DNA of 64,000 nt from Collinsella sp. (GCA_019414505.1 DXLW01000030.1:42378-106377), one strand, 5' to 3'. Positions 10,610 to 21,047 are shown, numbered from the stretch's first letter. Translations and numbers: made by a program. Notes: generated by a model from the letters alone, not told the origin.

Positions 10610-13600
10610 TATGCATTCACGACCTTTCCGGTTTCGCGATCGAGTTTTTGCGAGACGACGCGACTGACGCCGTCAGCTTGCATCGAGACGCCATAGAGGA
10701 CGTCAGCGTCCTCCATAGTACGGCGCTGATGCGAGATAACCAAGAGCTGCGTATCGGAACGCAGTACATCAAGGGCGCCGATGAGCTTGGACAGGTTGGC
10801 GTCATCAAGCGCCGCCTCGACCTCGTCCAGCACATAGAACGGCACCGTACGCGTGCGATACACGGCAAAGAGCAGGGCGAGCGCCGTCAGGCTCTTCTCG
10901 CCGCCCGACATGAGCATCATCTTGGTGATGCGCTTGCCGCGCGGCTGCGCCACGACCTCGATTCCCGTCTCGGCCGGATGCTCGGGATCGGTCATCTCCA
11001 GATGCGCCTGTCCACCCGGGAACAGCATGGCGAAGATCTCGCGGAAGTTCGCGTCGACCTTCTCAAACGTCACCAGGAAGGCCTTCCGCATCTTGCGATC
11101 AATGGCCACCGTGATCTTGGTGAGCGCCTTGCGCGCGCTCTCCAGATCGGCCAGCTGCTCCTCGATGTAGTCGGCGCGGCGCTTGAGCTGCTCGTACTCC
11201 TCCATGGCAACTTGGTTAACGGGACCAAGGTTGTTGATCTGGCGCACAAGCTGGTTGAGCTCGCGCTCGGCGGCGTCGCGGTCGGTGGGAGCCGGAAGCA
11301 TGAGCGCTTCCTCGAGCACCGTGGTGCCATCGGCGGTAATGGCCTTAATGGCGGCCTCTACCTGCACCTCGAGCTTGCCACGCGCGACCTTGAAATCGTT
11401 TTGCGTGGCAGAGGCGGTATCGACCCGCTCCTTAGCGCGGGCAACCTCCGCCTTGGCATCCTCGATGGTCTTCTTGAGCGAAGCGGAGTCCGCCTCCTCC
11501 AGAGAGGCCTGGTCACGCAAGCGCGCTGCCCAATCCGATGCGCGCTCCAGCAGGGCCGAATAGCGCTCGTGCATGGGGTCGACGCGCAGACGCAGCAGCT
11601 CGAGTGAGCGCGAGGCCTGGCGTGTTCCGCGGATACGACGGTCGATGCCCTCAAGACGATGCTCCAGGTCGGGCACGCGACCCTTCAGCGAACGCAGGCG
11701 CTCGCTCGTCTGGGCTAGGCGAACCTTGGCGTCGGCGAGCTTGCCGGCAGCCTCGGAATCGTCGCGGCGAACGCGGTCGAGTTCGTCGTTGGCCTCGGCA
11801 ATCTGCAAGCCCAGATCGCTTGCCTGCGCGCGGGCCTCGTCACGCGAACGGGTGAGCTCATCAACCCGCGGGCGCGCAGCGCGAACGGCTTCGGAGGCCT
11901 GCTCGCGACGCTTGGAGATGCGCACGCGCTCGACCTCAGCATTGTTGGCGCTTTGCTCCAAGCGGCCGATCTCGGAGAGCAGCGAGCGGCGCTCGCCCTC
12001 AAGACGGGCGATCTCGCCGGCGGCATCGTCCTCAGCGGCACGCGCTTCCTCAACGGCCGCGTTGGCCTCGACGACCTGATCCGACACACGCTCAAACACA
12101 GCGGCCAAATCGGGCTCAAGCCCCTCCAGCTCGCGAATGCGACGCTTACGCTCCAGAGCACCCGACGCCTCGCCGGCATCGAGGCCCACACGCACCAGGC
12201 CGCCGCAGGCGACGCGGGCGCCATCGGGGGTCACGTAAGTCACGCCGTCAACGACCGGCGCCGAAAGCGCGGCAGAAAGATCGTCCACGACGTAATAACC
12301 GCCGAGCAGCGCCTCAACGACGGGACCATAGCCTGCGCGCACGGACAGAAGATCAACCAGACGGGTACCGGCAGCGCCCTCAGCGGCGGTAGAGCCGCTC
12401 ACGCCGCGCGCCACCAGCAGCGCCTCGCCCGAGGCCTTCTTCTGGTCCAGGGCGGCACGCCCGGCACGCTCAAGCGTGGCGGCGTCATCAAACAGCAGGG
12501 CATCGATATCGCCGGCAAGTAGCTGCTCCACCAGGCCCTCAAGCTCGCGCGGGGCCTCGAGCACGTCGCCCAGACGACCCGAGACATCGTCGCCCAACGC
12601 ACCCACCAGACGGCTCACGAGCGGCGAGCTGTCGGCCATGCGGGCATCAAGCTTCTTTTGGCTGGCAAGCTCCGAGCGCACCTCGGACAGCTTGTTGCGC
12701 GCCTCGCTCTCGCGGGCACGCAAGTCCTTCAGGGCCGCACGGGCGACCTCGGTGGCCTCACGCGCATCGACCTGAGCCCGGCGCGCTTCCTCAAGAGCGC
12801 CCTCAAGCTCCTCGGCGCGGTCGTGACGGCTCTCGAGCGAGGCCGTGACCTCCTCGAGCTGTTCATCGATCTGCTCCAGGCGCGAGGCATACATGTTGTC
12901 CTCGACCTCGGCATTGGAAAGCGAATCCTTCACCTTGGCGAGCTCGAGCGCGGCGTTATCGGCCACGCGCTGCACATCGCGTTGCTCACGCGTAAGCTGC
13001 GAAATCTGATTGTCGAGCGCCACGCGCCGCTCGTGGAGCTCGGCGGCGGCAGGACCAGCGGCGTCAACGTCCTCCTGGGCCTGCATGTGCGCACCGGTCA
13101 CTTCCTCAAGCTGCGCACGCGCGTCCTCGAGCTCCTCGACCACGCGACGTCGCTGATGCTCGGAGCTCGAAATCTGCCCGCGCATGTCAGACAGGCGCGA
13201 CACCATGTTGTGGCCCTTTTCCTCGAGCAGGCGCATGTCGGAGTTAATGCGGCCGACCACATCTTGCATATGACGGCGCTGCTCGCCCAGGTCGCCCACA
13301 AACAGGCCCTTTTCCTCGAGCAAGACCTGAAGCTTCTCGAGCTCGCGCTCCTTTTCGCCCAAGCGGTACTGCGCAAGCTCCAGCTCGGCGGCGCCTTCCT
13401 TGGAACGGCTCTCCAGGTCGTTCCACTGCGACTGCAGCGAACGCAGCTCGTCGACGGCTAGCATCTGCGTAAGCTCGTTCGCACGCGAGGACAGCTCTTT
13501 GTACTTGCGCGCGCGATCGACCTGACGCTCCAACGGTCGCAGCTGACGGGCGATTTCCTTATTGATGTCGCGGGCACGCGTCAGGTGCTCGTCCATCGAC

Positions 13601-14145
13601 TTAATCTTTTTGAGCGCACGCTCCTTGCGGCGCTTGTGCTTGGAGATGCCGGCGGCCTCCTCGATGAGGGCACGGCGCTCCTCGGGGCGGCTCTGCAAGA
13701 TGGCATCGAGCTTGCCCTGGCTGATGATGGAATGTGTATCCTTGCCCAGGCCCGAATCGTGCAAGATGTCCTGAATGTCCATCAGGCGGCACGGGCTCGA
13801 GTTGATGAGGTACTCGCTTTCGCCCGAGCGATACATACGACGGGTGATGGCGACCTCGTCAAAATCGACGGGCAGCATATGGTCCGAGTTATCGAGCACA
13901 AGCGTGACCTCGGCGACACCCACCGGCTTGCGCGCTGACGAGCCCGAGAAGATGACATCCTCCATGGCCTGGCCGCGCAGCTGCTTGGCGCTCTGCTCGC
14001 CCAGGACCCACAGAATCGAGTCAGAGATGTTCGATTTTCCCGAGCCGTTGGGACCGACGATGACGGTCAGGCCCGGCTCAAACGTCATATGGGCGCGGTC
14101 GGCAAACGACTTGAACCCTTTGAGCGTGAGGGACTTGAGATACAC
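10609..14145 (-). CDS. smc: Chromosome partition protein Smc
   Basis: 1178 aa. N-terminal Walker A GPNGSGKSN, long coiled coils with a central hinge, C-terminal signature LSGGEKSL and Walker B FYVLDEVEAALD. Confidence 0.97.
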   Translation of the reverse strand: MYLKSLTLKGFKSFADRAHMTFEPGLTVIVGPNGSGKSNISDSILWVLGEQSAKQLRGQAMEDVIFSGSSARKPVGVAEVTLVLDNSDHMLPVDFDEVAITRRMYRSGESEYLINSSPCRLMDIQDILHDSGLGKDTHSIISQGKLDAILQSRPEERRALIEEAAGISKHKRRKERALKKIKSMDEHLTRARDINKEIARQLRPLERQVDRARKYKELSSRANELTQMLAVDELRSLQSQWNDLESRSKEGAAELELAQYRLGEKERELEKLQVLLEEKGLFVGDLGEQRRHMQDVVGRINSDMRLLEEKGHNMVSRLSDMRGQISSSEHQRRRVVEELEDARAQLEEVTGAHMQAQEDVDAAGPAAAELHERRVALDNQISQLTREQRDVQRVADNAALELAKVKDSLSNAEVEDNMYASRLEQIDEQLEEVTASLESRHDRAEELEGALEEARRAQVDAREATEVARAALKDLRARESEARNKLSEVRSELASQKKLDARMADSSPLVSRLVGALGDDVSGRLGDVLEAPRELEGLVEQLLAGDIDALLFDDAATLERAGRAALDQKKASGEALLVARGVSGSTAAEGAAGTRLVDLLSVRAGYGPVVEALLGGYYVVDDLSAALSAPVVDGVTYVTPDGARVACGGLVRVGLDAGEASGALERKRRIRELEGLEPDLAAVFERVSDQVVEANAAVEEARAAEDDAAGEIARLEGERRSLLSEIGRLEQSANNAEVERVRISKRREQASEAVRAARPRVDELTRSRDEARAQASDLGLQIAEANDELDRVRRDDSEAAGKLADAKVRLAQTSERLRSLKGRVPDLEHRLEGIDRRIRGTRQASRSLELLRLRVDPMHERYSALLERASDWAARLRDQASLEEADSASLKKTIEDAKAEVARAKERVDTASATQNDFKVARGKLEVQVEAAIKAITADGTTVLEEALMLPAPTDRDAAERELNQLVRQINNLGPVNQVAMEEYEQLKRRADYIEEQLADLESARKALTKITVAIDRKMRKAFLVTFEKVDANFREIFAMLFPGGQAHLEMTDPEHPAETGIEVVAQPRGKRITKMMLMSGGEKSLTALALLFAVYRTRTVPFYVLDEVEAALDDANLSKLIGALDVLRSDTQLLVISHQRRTMEDADVLYGVSMQADGVSRVVSQKLDRETGKVVNA

Positions 14146-14155
14146 GGTTCCTCGC

Positions 14156-14881
14156 TTACACGTGCTTCTTGTTCAGAATCACGCCGTTGGTGGTGTAACC
14201 CATGCGGTCGAGCGCTTCGAGCGCGGCAGCTCCCTCGGCTTCCTTCTTTGAGGAGCCGGAGCCGCGACCCTGACGAATACCATCGATCAACACCACAGCG
14301 GTAAAGGTGGGCGCATGCGCCGGGCCCTCGGAGCCAACGAGCTTGTACGCCGGAGGTTCGTGACCGTCGGCTTGCACGCACTCCTGCAAAAACGACTTGG
14401 GGTTCGCAGGATGCTCGGCACGCTCGGAAGCCAAATGCGGCTTAAGCGTACGGTGAATGAACTCCGCCGCAACGTCCCAGCCGGCATCCAGGTACAGCGC
14501 GCCCACGAGCGACTCATAGACGTTCTCGAGGGCCGAATGCAGGCCGCGCGCACCGGAACCGGTCTCGGAGGCACCAAAGATGATGATGTCGTCGATGCCC
14601 AGCTCGTGAGAAACCTCGGACAGCGTAGCGCCCGAGACAAGCGACACCTTCAAGCGCGTGAGCTTGCCCTCGTCAAACTCCGGATAGGACTCAAACAGGG
14701 AGCGTGCGACCACAGCGCCCAAAATGGAATCGCCCAAGAACTCAAGGCGCTCATAGCTGGCAGAAACCGGCTGGCCCTCGACTGCCGAGGGATGCGTAAG
14801 CGCCGCGCGCAGCAGCACCTTATTGTTGAACTCGTGGCCCAGGATTTCCTGGGCGCGCGTAAGTCGGTCGGATAAAGCCAA
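14156..14881 (-). CDS. rnc: Ribonuclease III
   Basis: RNase III signature ERLEFLGDSILG plus a C-terminal dsRBD (GPAHAPTF...GSGSSKKEAE). Confidence 0.96.
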   Translation of the reverse strand: MALSDRLTRAQEILGHEFNNKVLLRAALTHPSAVEGQPVSASYERLEFLGDSILGAVVARSLFESYPEFDEGKLTRLKVSLVSGATLSEVSHELGIDDIIIFGASETGSGARGLHSALENVYESLVGALYLDAGWDVAAEFIHRTLKPHLASERAEHPANPKSFLQECVQADGHEPPAYKLVGSEGPAHAPTFTAVVLIDGIRQGRGSGSSKKEAEGAAALEALDRMGYTTNGVILNKKHV

Positions 14882-14884
14882 GAC

Positions 14885-15127
14885 TTAGGCCTCCTTGGCA
14901 GCTTCGATAGCGTCGACGGCGTCGGCGACAGAGTTGAGCGAGAGCAGGGTCTCGTCATCGATCTCGAGGTTGAACTCGTCCTCGATAGCCGTAACCAGCT
15001 GCAGGCGCTCGAGCGAGTTGGCATCGAGGTCGTCAAAGGTGGTCTCCTCGCTAATTTCGGCAACATCGACGCCTAGAACGTCAGCAGCGACCTCGGCGAT
15101 CTTGTCGAAGATTTCGGAGCGGTCCAT
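14885..15127 (-). CDS. acpP: Acyl carrier protein
   Basis: 80 aa from ATG 15127 (GAGGAAG box upstream). It has the phosphopantetheine-site context DLDANSLERLQLV. The track ORF extends further upstream in frame. Confidence 0.9.
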   Translation of the reverse strand: MDRSEIFDKIAEVAADVLGVDVAEISEETTFDDLDANSLERLQLVTAIEDEFNLEIDDETLLSLNSVADAVDAIEAAKEA

Positions 15128-15152
15128 AGCGCTTCCTCTCATAGTGCATGAA

Positions 15153-15184
15153 TACCAAAAGAATGGTACCGCCCGGGCGGTACC
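15153..15184 (-). terminator. Stem-loop plus T-rich run between plsX and acpP
   Basis: 20-nt perfect palindrome ggtaccgcccgggcggtacc (15165-15184). On the minus strand it is followed by attcttttggtatt. Confidence 0.5.
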
Positions 15185-15251
15185 AAGACACGGTTCTGAT
15201 TCTACCCCACGACGTGCGCCGCGAAGCACATAACAGCACTCTTACTCGCTC

Positions 15252-16277
15252 TTATAAAACGATACCGTCCATAGAGTTGGCGACATTCTCGACCAGTCCG
15301 GCGCGCACGGCTTCGGCCGCCGCGAGCGTACCGTTTCTAACAGCCTCGACCGAGGTGGCGCCATGGCCGATCAGGACCACGCCGCGCAGGCCCAAAAGAA
15401 TCGCGCCGCCCTTGGCGTCGCCCGAAAGCTTGGCTTTAATCTCGCGCATCTGCTTTTTGATGAGCAGCGCGGCAATCTTGGTGCCGAGCGAAGACATAAA
15501 GGCGCCCTTGAGCTCCTGCAGTAAAAACTTGGCAGCGCCCTCGGTGGCCTTGAGCGCAATATTGCCCGACATGCCATCGGCAACGACGACATCGAAGTTA
15601 CCTGAGGTGATGTCCGTTCCCTCGCAGTTACCAACAAAGCCGGGAACGGCGGCTTTCATGGCCGGGAAGCAGGCCTTGGTAAAGTTGGAGCCCTTCTCGT
15701 CCTCGGTGCCGTTGGCAAGCAGGCCCACGCGGGGATGCTCGATGCCCAGGACGACGCGGGCATAGGCGCTACCCATCTGGGCAAAACGTACCATATCGTC
15801 AACCTCGACATCGGGGTTGGCGCCCATATCGCACAGCACCGTCAGACCGCCGGCGCGATTGGGCAGCGCATTGGTCAGACAGGGGCGCACCGGCTGCTTC
15901 TTGCCTTCGGCCTGATACCTAAACGGCGTCACATAGGCGGTGGCGGCGGCGGTCATGGCGCCGGTGGAGCCGGCAGAGAAGAACGCGTCCGCATTACCCT
16001 TCTTGATGGCGCGACACGACAGCACGATCGACGACTTGCGTTTGGTCATCACGGCGCGAATGGGATCGTCATCCATGGCGATAACGTCAGGTGCCTCAAG
16101 GGCCTCAACACGTGCATGGGAAGCGGCAAAGGGATTGACGATTTCGGCGGGGCCAGCTGCCAAGACCTCGATATCGGGATCGGCGGCAAGTGCAGCCTCG
16201 ATACCATCGAGAACAACCTGAGGTTTCTCGTCTCCGCCCACAACGTCTACACAAACGCGAACGTTACTCATATACAT
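15252..16277 (-). CDS. plsX: Phosphate acyltransferase PlsX
   Basis: 341 aa. N-terminus VCVDVVGGDEKPQVVLDGI and a GNIALK region fit PlsX. The position between rpmF and acpP is canonical. Confidence 0.94.
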   Translation of the reverse strand: MYMSNVRVCVDVVGGDEKPQVVLDGIEAALAADPDIEVLAAGPAEIVNPFAASHARVEALEAPDVIAMDDDPIRAVMTKRKSSIVLSCRAIKKGNADAFFSAGSTGAMTAAATAYVTPFRYQAEGKKQPVRPCLTNALPNRAGGLTVLCDMGANPDVEVDDMVRFAQMGSAYARVVLGIEHPRVGLLANGTEDEKGSNFTKACFPAMKAAVPGFVGNCEGTDITSGNFDVVVADGMSGNIALKATEGAAKFLLQELKGAFMSSLGTKIAALLIKKQMREIKAKLSGDAKGGAILLGLRGVVLIGHGATSVEAVRNGTLAAAEAVRAGLVENVANSMDGIVL

Positions 16278-16286
16278 GCTCCTTAT

Positions 16287-16318
16287 ACAAAAATGGCCGA
16301 CTCATTGAGCCGGCCATT
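16287..16318 (-). terminator. Intrinsic terminator/attenuator after rpmF, immediately before the plsX RBS
   Basis: Minus strand reads aatggccg-gctcaatgagt-cggccatt followed by tttttgtat. The plsX AAGGAG box follows directly. Confidence 0.6.
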
Positions 16319-16358
16319 GTGGTTCCATTTGGAACGGCATCGCATCCAGAGTATACCG

Positions 16359-16538
16359 TTACTCGGTAACGATAACCTCGCGGTCCTTGTAGAAACCGCA
16401 GCTGGGGCACACGTGGTGCGGAAGCTTGACAGCGCCGCAACGGGGGCACGTGGACTGAGCCGCAGCCGAGATCTTCATGTTGGCGGAACGACGGGTGTGA
16501 GTGCGGATACGACCCTGCTTTTGTTTAGGTACGGGCAT
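16359..16538 (-). CDS. rpmF: 50S ribosomal protein L32
   Basis: Not in the ORF track (59 aa). My translation is MPVPKQKQGRIRTHTRRSANMKISAAAQSTCPRCGAVKLPHHVCPSCGFYKDREVIVTE, with a CxxC...CxxC zinc ribbon. An AAGGAAGG box lies upstream. Confidence 0.93.
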   Translation of the reverse strand: MPVPKQKQGRIRTHTRRSANMKISAAAQSTCPRCGAVKLPHHVCPSCGFYKDREVIVTE

Positions 16539-16602
16539 AGTGACCTTCCTTATGAACTATCCAGTGTGGCGATTACGCGCAAGTAGCGATACTACCACAG
16601 TT

Positions 16603-17157
16603 TTACTCATCAAGCTTGAGATTCTTCAATGCTGCAAATGGATTTTCCGTGGCAGCGGCCCATTCTGCCTCTGCCTGGGCGGCGCAATCGCATTGCTCGA
16701 CGTTGAGATTGCAACCGCATGTGGGGCACAGACCGCGGCAATCGGGCTTGCAGAGCACCACAAACGGCGTGTCCATGACGACCGCGTCGTTGATGGGCTC
16801 ACCCAGATCGACGATGCGGTCCTCACACAGGAGCTCGTAGCCGTCCTCGTAGGCCTCGGGATCCTCGGGCTCCTCAAAGAGGTAGAACTCCTCGATCTCG
16901 CCGGCGATATCAAACGAGGCGGGCTCCAGGCAACGGTCGCACTCGCCGGTGGCGTGCGCGCGGACCATGCCCGTGAGCAAGACACCGGTACCGGCATTGG
17001 TAAAGACAACGTCGTAGTCGATGCCGTCCTGAAGCTGGTACTCCTTCTCGCCCACCGTGTAGGTGGCGACATCGACCTTACCGGTCAGCGGATACGAATC
17101 TCCAGGAAACTCGAGCTGCTCGGAAAGATCGACGGTAACGCTCGGAAACTCAGCCAT
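16603..17157 (-). CDS. DUF177 / YceD-family large-ribosomal-subunit accumulation protein
   Basis: The start ATG 17157 overlaps the upstream stop (TAATG). The C-terminal Cys cluster CKPDCRGLCPTCGCNLN and the position upstream of rpmF are characteristic. Confidence 0.85.
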   Translation of the reverse strand: MAEFPSVTVDLSEQLEFPGDSYPLTGKVDVATYTVGEKEYQLQDGIDYDVVFTNAGTGVLLTGMVRAHATGECDRCLEPASFDIAGEIEEFYLFEEPEDPEAYEDGYELLCEDRIVDLGEPINDAVVMDTPFVVLCKPDCRGLCPTCGCNLNVEQCDCAAQAEAEWAAATENPFAALKNLKLDE

Positions 17158-17678
17158 TACCACTGACCATTCTGTTGGGCGGCACCCTCGTTGAGCTGCT
17201 GACGGCAACGGGTAACGGTGCCAGTCAGGCTCTTGAGGTTCTCCTCCAGGTGCGTAAAGACCTGCTCCGCGTAGTCCTCGGCAGCATAACGCGTCTCGCG
17301 CTCGTACTGCTGGGCACGATCGCGGATGTCGTCGGCCTGCTGCTGCGCAAGGCGGACGATCTCCTGCTCACCGGCAATGGTGAGGGCCTGCTGCTGAGCG
17401 TCGGCGATGATGGAATCAGCCTGAGCGGCGGCGGAAGCCATAAGCTCCTCGCGCTCCTTAAGGATACGGCGGGACTTCTGCCACTCCTCGGGATAGCTCA
17501 TGCGGATCTCGTCGAGGATATTGAAGAACACGTCGGCGTCGATGACCTTGAACTGAGCGTTCTTGCCGAAAGGCGGCTTGGCTTCCTCGATCAGCCCTTC
17601 GAGCTCATCGACCAAGCTGACGATCCTATCGCCAGGAAAATTCTCGCCCGGCATCCGGTCTCCTTTCATAGGTAACAT
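17157..17678 (-). CDS. Hypothetical coiled-coil protein (Q/A/E-rich; function unknown)
   Basis: 173-aa ORF in an operon position between coaD and yceD. It is translationally coupled to yceD. I recognise no catalytic motif. Confidence 0.6.
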   Translation of the reverse strand: MLPMKGDRMPGENFPGDRIVSLVDELEGLIEEAKPPFGKNAQFKVIDADVFFNILDEIRMSYPEEWQKSRRILKEREELMASAAAQADSIIADAQQQALTIAGEQEIVRLAQQQADDIRDRAQQYERETRYAAEDYAEQVFTHLEENLKSLTGTVTRCRQQLNEGAAQQNGQW

Positions 17679-17722
17679 ATCATCGTGCTAGTTTACCACA
17701 TGCCACCAGGCAATAAAAAACG

Positions 17723-18220
17723 TCACGAAAAGCGATGTCTGAGCGCTTCGACCACGTTGGGCGGCACAAACGTCGATACATCGCTGCCGAGCGAGGCGAT
17801 CTGGCGAACGACCGAGCTCGAGATGTAACCGTACTGCGGAGCACTCATGACAAAGATGGACTCCAGCTCGCTATCCAAGCGATAATTGAGGTCGGCCTGC
17901 TGCAGCTCATACTCAAAGTCGGTCATGGCGCGCAGGCCCTTGACCACGGCCCCCGCCCCCTGCTCACGAGCGAAGTCGACCAAGAGGCCGGTAAAGGGCA
18001 GGACCTCGACGCCATCGATATCACCGAGTGCCTCACGGGCCAGCGCCACGCGTTCATCGAGCGTAAAAGTGGTACCCACGCCGTTTTTGCCCTGCGACTC
18101 GGCAACGGCCACGATCACACTGGGAAAAATGCGGCGGGCGCGGCGGATGACGTCGATATGGCCAAACGTGATGGGATCGAAGGTACCCGGAACGATGACG
18201 CGGTTAATGGTGTCACTCAT
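17723..18220 (-). CDS. coaD: Phosphopantetheine adenylyltransferase
   Basis: From ATG 18220: MSDTINRVIVPGTFDPITFGHIDVIRRA, with the (T/H)xGH nucleotidyltransferase motif. It overlaps the rsmD stop by 8 nt. The track ORF carries an upstream in-frame extension. Confidence 0.93.
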   Translation of the reverse strand: MSDTINRVIVPGTFDPITFGHIDVIRRARRIFPSVIVAVAESQGKNGVGTTFTLDERVALAREALGDIDGVEVLPFTGLLVDFAREQGAGAVVKGLRAMTDFEYELQQADLNYRLDSELESIFVMSAPQYGYISSSVVRQIASLGSDVSTFVPPNVVEALRHRFS

Positions 18221-18863
18221 GGGCATCCCCCTGAAACGTCGTGCCGTCGCTGTCATCGGCATCGGTGGCGGTATCGTCATCCTCGCCCTCGCCGACCCAA
18301 CGGAGCAGGTCGACCGAGGTGATGCCATAGCGTTTCTCACGCACGGTTACAAAGCCGGCAGGATGTGCACCCGCGTCGGCGGCAGCATGCTCAAACAGAG
18401 CATAGGCACCCGGGGTGAGCAGACCCTGCTGGGCCAGGTTCTGCAGCAGCTCGTCGACCGGCTTGGCACCAAAAGCATAGGGCGGGTCGAGCAAGACCAG
18501 ATCGAAGGGGCCGCCCGGCACGCGGCCGCGCGAAGCGCTCGCAAGGACATCGCCCGTCACCACACGCCAACGCGCGCGATCGCGACAGAGCGACTCGATA
18601 TTCTTGGTAATGAGCCGCGCGGCGTTGCGATCGATCTCAAACGTCGTGAGTGAGCGGGCCCCACGAGAGAGCATCTCGATACCTAGGGCACCGGAGCCAC
18701 CAAAGGCGTCCAGCACACGAACCTCGTCCAAATCGAAATCGAATGCCGACATGACCATAGATGCGCACGCCTCGCGCACGCGATCAGTCGTGGGGCGGGT
18801 GACATCGCGACCACGGGGCTCCTCAATCTTACGACCGCGCCATTCGCCGCCGATGATTCTCAT
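18213..18863 (-). CDS. rsmD: 16S rRNA (guanine966-N2)-methyltransferase RsmD
   Basis: MRIIGGEWRGRKI, RPTTDRVREA, DAFGGSGALGIE and DPPY motifs. Confidence 0.92.
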   Translation of the reverse strand: MRIIGGEWRGRKIEEPRGRDVTRPTTDRVREACASMVMSAFDFDLDEVRVLDAFGGSGALGIEMLSRGARSLTTFEIDRNAARLITKNIESLCRDRARWRVVTGDVLASASRGRVPGGPFDLVLLDPPYAFGAKPVDELLQNLAQQGLLTPGAYALFEHAAADAGAHPAGFVTVREKRYGITSVDLLRWVGEGEDDDTATDADDSDGTTFQGDAHE

Positions 18864-21037
18864 CCTCCGCTGACCTCCTTAAAGATATGTCGATAACGCA
18901 TGGCGACCGCGTCGCGCAAGGGACGCGTCGCCACAGAGTCAAGGTTGCAAGCATACCGCAAGAGCTCGAGCGCGTCCAAATGGGCCCACTCGATCAGTTC
19001 TTCGTCGGCATCCAGGTCGACAAAACGCAGGGTCACGCCACCATGCTGGCGATAACCCAGGATCTCGCCTTCATGGCGCAGGCGCAGGTCCATCTGGGCG
19101 AGCGTAAAGCCGTCCGAAGTCTTTTCGAGCGACTGGAGACGGTCTTGCGCCGCCGATGCGCCGCCGTTGCCCTTGGAGTGCGTCATGACCAGACACGTGC
19201 CCGACACGCTGCCACGGCCCACGCGACCGCGCAGCTGGTGCAGGGCAGCCAAACCAAAGCGCTCGCCGTTCTCGATGACCATGACGGTGGCGTTAGGCAC
19301 GTCGACGCCCACCTCGACCACCGTAGTCGAGACGAGCACGTCAATTTCGCCACGCTTAAAGGCATCGATAACCTGGTCCTTCTCCCCCGCTGGCATACGG
19401 CCGTGAAGGCGCTCGATGGCAAGCCCCGGCAACGCCAGGCGCAGGCGGTCGAGCTCGGTTGCCGTATCGTGCAGTGGCACGGGGACGGTTACGCGGCCCT
19501 CGTCGTCGCGGGCAATACCGGGCACGTCTTCCAGCTCATCGGCCGAGTCACTCGGCTCCACGAGAGGACAAATCACGTAGGCCTGCTGACCCTTTTCATG
19601 CGCCTCGCGGATGGCGCCATAAGCGAGGTCACGGCTCGACTCGGTGAGCACGCGTGTCGTCACGCCAGCACCAGGGACGGGCCGATGGCGAATGATGCTC
19701 GTGTCCAGATCGCCGTAGACCGAAAGCGCCAGCGTACGCGGGATGGGCGTCGCCGTCATAACGAGCAGATCGGCACCCGGTCCCTTCGCGCGCAGGGCGT
19801 TGCGTTGGCCGACGCCAAACCGGTGCTGTTCATCGATGACCACGAGCGACAGATGCTTGAACGCAACGTTATCCGAAAGAACCGCGTGGGTGCCAAAGAG
19901 CACGTCAAGCTCGCCCGATTCCAGCTGTACATGGATGCGCTCGCGCTCTGCGGCCGGCGTGGCACCCGTCAGAAGTGCCCAGGACATGCCGGCCTGGGAG
20001 AGCAGAGGGCCGGTCTTATCGGCATATTGGCGCGCCAGCACGCCCGTGGGCGCCATAACGCAGGCCTGCGTACCGCTATCGGCAGCCACAGCCAGCGCGC
20101 AAGCGGCAACGGCGGTCTTACCGGTACCGACATCGCCCAGCAGCAGGCGGTTCATCACGCGCCCGCCATCGCACATATCGCGCAGGATATCCTGGAACGC
20201 GGCCTCCTGCTCGTCGCTCAGCGAAAACGGTAGGACCTGCTTGAGCGCGGCCAGGTGCTCGCCCGCGGTGTGGGCATAGGGCACCACATCGACCAGGCCG
20301 CCATCGTTGCGCAGGCGCAGCGCCAACTGCAGGTAGAGGCACTCCTCGTAGGCAAGCCGTGCGCGCGCGATATCGCGCTCGGCCATGCTCGAAGGAAAGT
20401 GGATCGATCGAAGCGCACGAGCATTGCTCATCAGGCGACGCTTAACGCGTAAGCGTGCCGGAATGGGATCAAAGGGATTGCCGACGACCTCGAGCGCGCC
20501 GCTTACGATGCGGCGCATCCACGCCTGGCTCACGCCATCACTCACGTAATGGACCGGCAGGATGGTGCCTGCGGCACGCCCGACCTCGAGCTTTTCAAAG
20601 TGCGGCGAGGCCATCTGCTTAAAGCCGTAGGCAAACTCGACCTTGCCCATCACGGCCAGGCGGTCGCCCTGCTTAAGCTGCTGGGCAATCCAGGGCTGGC
20701 GGAAAAAGGCGACCTGCAGCACGCCCGTCTCGTCAACAAGCGAGACCTCGGTCACCTGCATGCGCGGACGCGGCTGCTTTTGGACGATACGGTCGACCGT
20801 GGCGATGATGGTGCACACGGTACCGATGGGCGCCATCTCGATAGACCAAGAACGGGTAAAGTCGAGGTATCGATGAGGGATATGGAGAAGGAGGTCCCCC
20901 ACCGTCCGAATTCCCAGACGGCGAAGGGCCTCCTCGCGTTTACCCGAAACATATTTGAGTCGCGCGATATCCTCGTCGAGCGCATTGCTCTGGGCAAAGC
21001 GCTCCGAGACGCGCGGCACGGAGCACAGCTCGGACAT
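18860..21037 (-). CDS. recG: ATP-dependent DNA helicase RecG
   Basis: 725 aa. Wedge/OB N-terminal region, helicase motif I GDVGTGKT, motif II DEQHRFG, and a C-terminal RGRVGRG. Confidence 0.96.
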   Translation of the reverse strand: MSELCSVPRVSERFAQSNALDEDIARLKYVSGKREEALRRLGIRTVGDLLLHIPHRYLDFTRSWSIEMAPIGTVCTIIATVDRIVQKQPRPRMQVTEVSLVDETGVLQVAFFRQPWIAQQLKQGDRLAVMGKVEFAYGFKQMASPHFEKLEVGRAAGTILPVHYVSDGVSQAWMRRIVSGALEVVGNPFDPIPARLRVKRRLMSNARALRSIHFPSSMAERDIARARLAYEECLYLQLALRLRNDGGLVDVVPYAHTAGEHLAALKQVLPFSLSDEQEAAFQDILRDMCDGGRVMNRLLLGDVGTGKTAVAACALAVAADSGTQACVMAPTGVLARQYADKTGPLLSQAGMSWALLTGATPAAERERIHVQLESGELDVLFGTHAVLSDNVAFKHLSLVVIDEQHRFGVGQRNALRAKGPGADLLVMTATPIPRTLALSVYGDLDTSIIRHRPVPGAGVTTRVLTESSRDLAYGAIREAHEKGQQAYVICPLVEPSDSADELEDVPGIARDDEGRVTVPVPLHDTATELDRLRLALPGLAIERLHGRMPAGEKDQVIDAFKRGEIDVLVSTTVVEVGVDVPNATVMVIENGERFGLAALHQLRGRVGRGSVSGTCLVMTHSKGNGGASAAQDRLQSLEKTSDGFTLAQMDLRLRHEGEILGYRQHGGVTLRFVDLDADEELIEWAHLDALELLRYACNLDSVATRPLRDAVAMRYRHIFKEVSGG

Positions 21038-21047
21038 GGGCAGTTGC

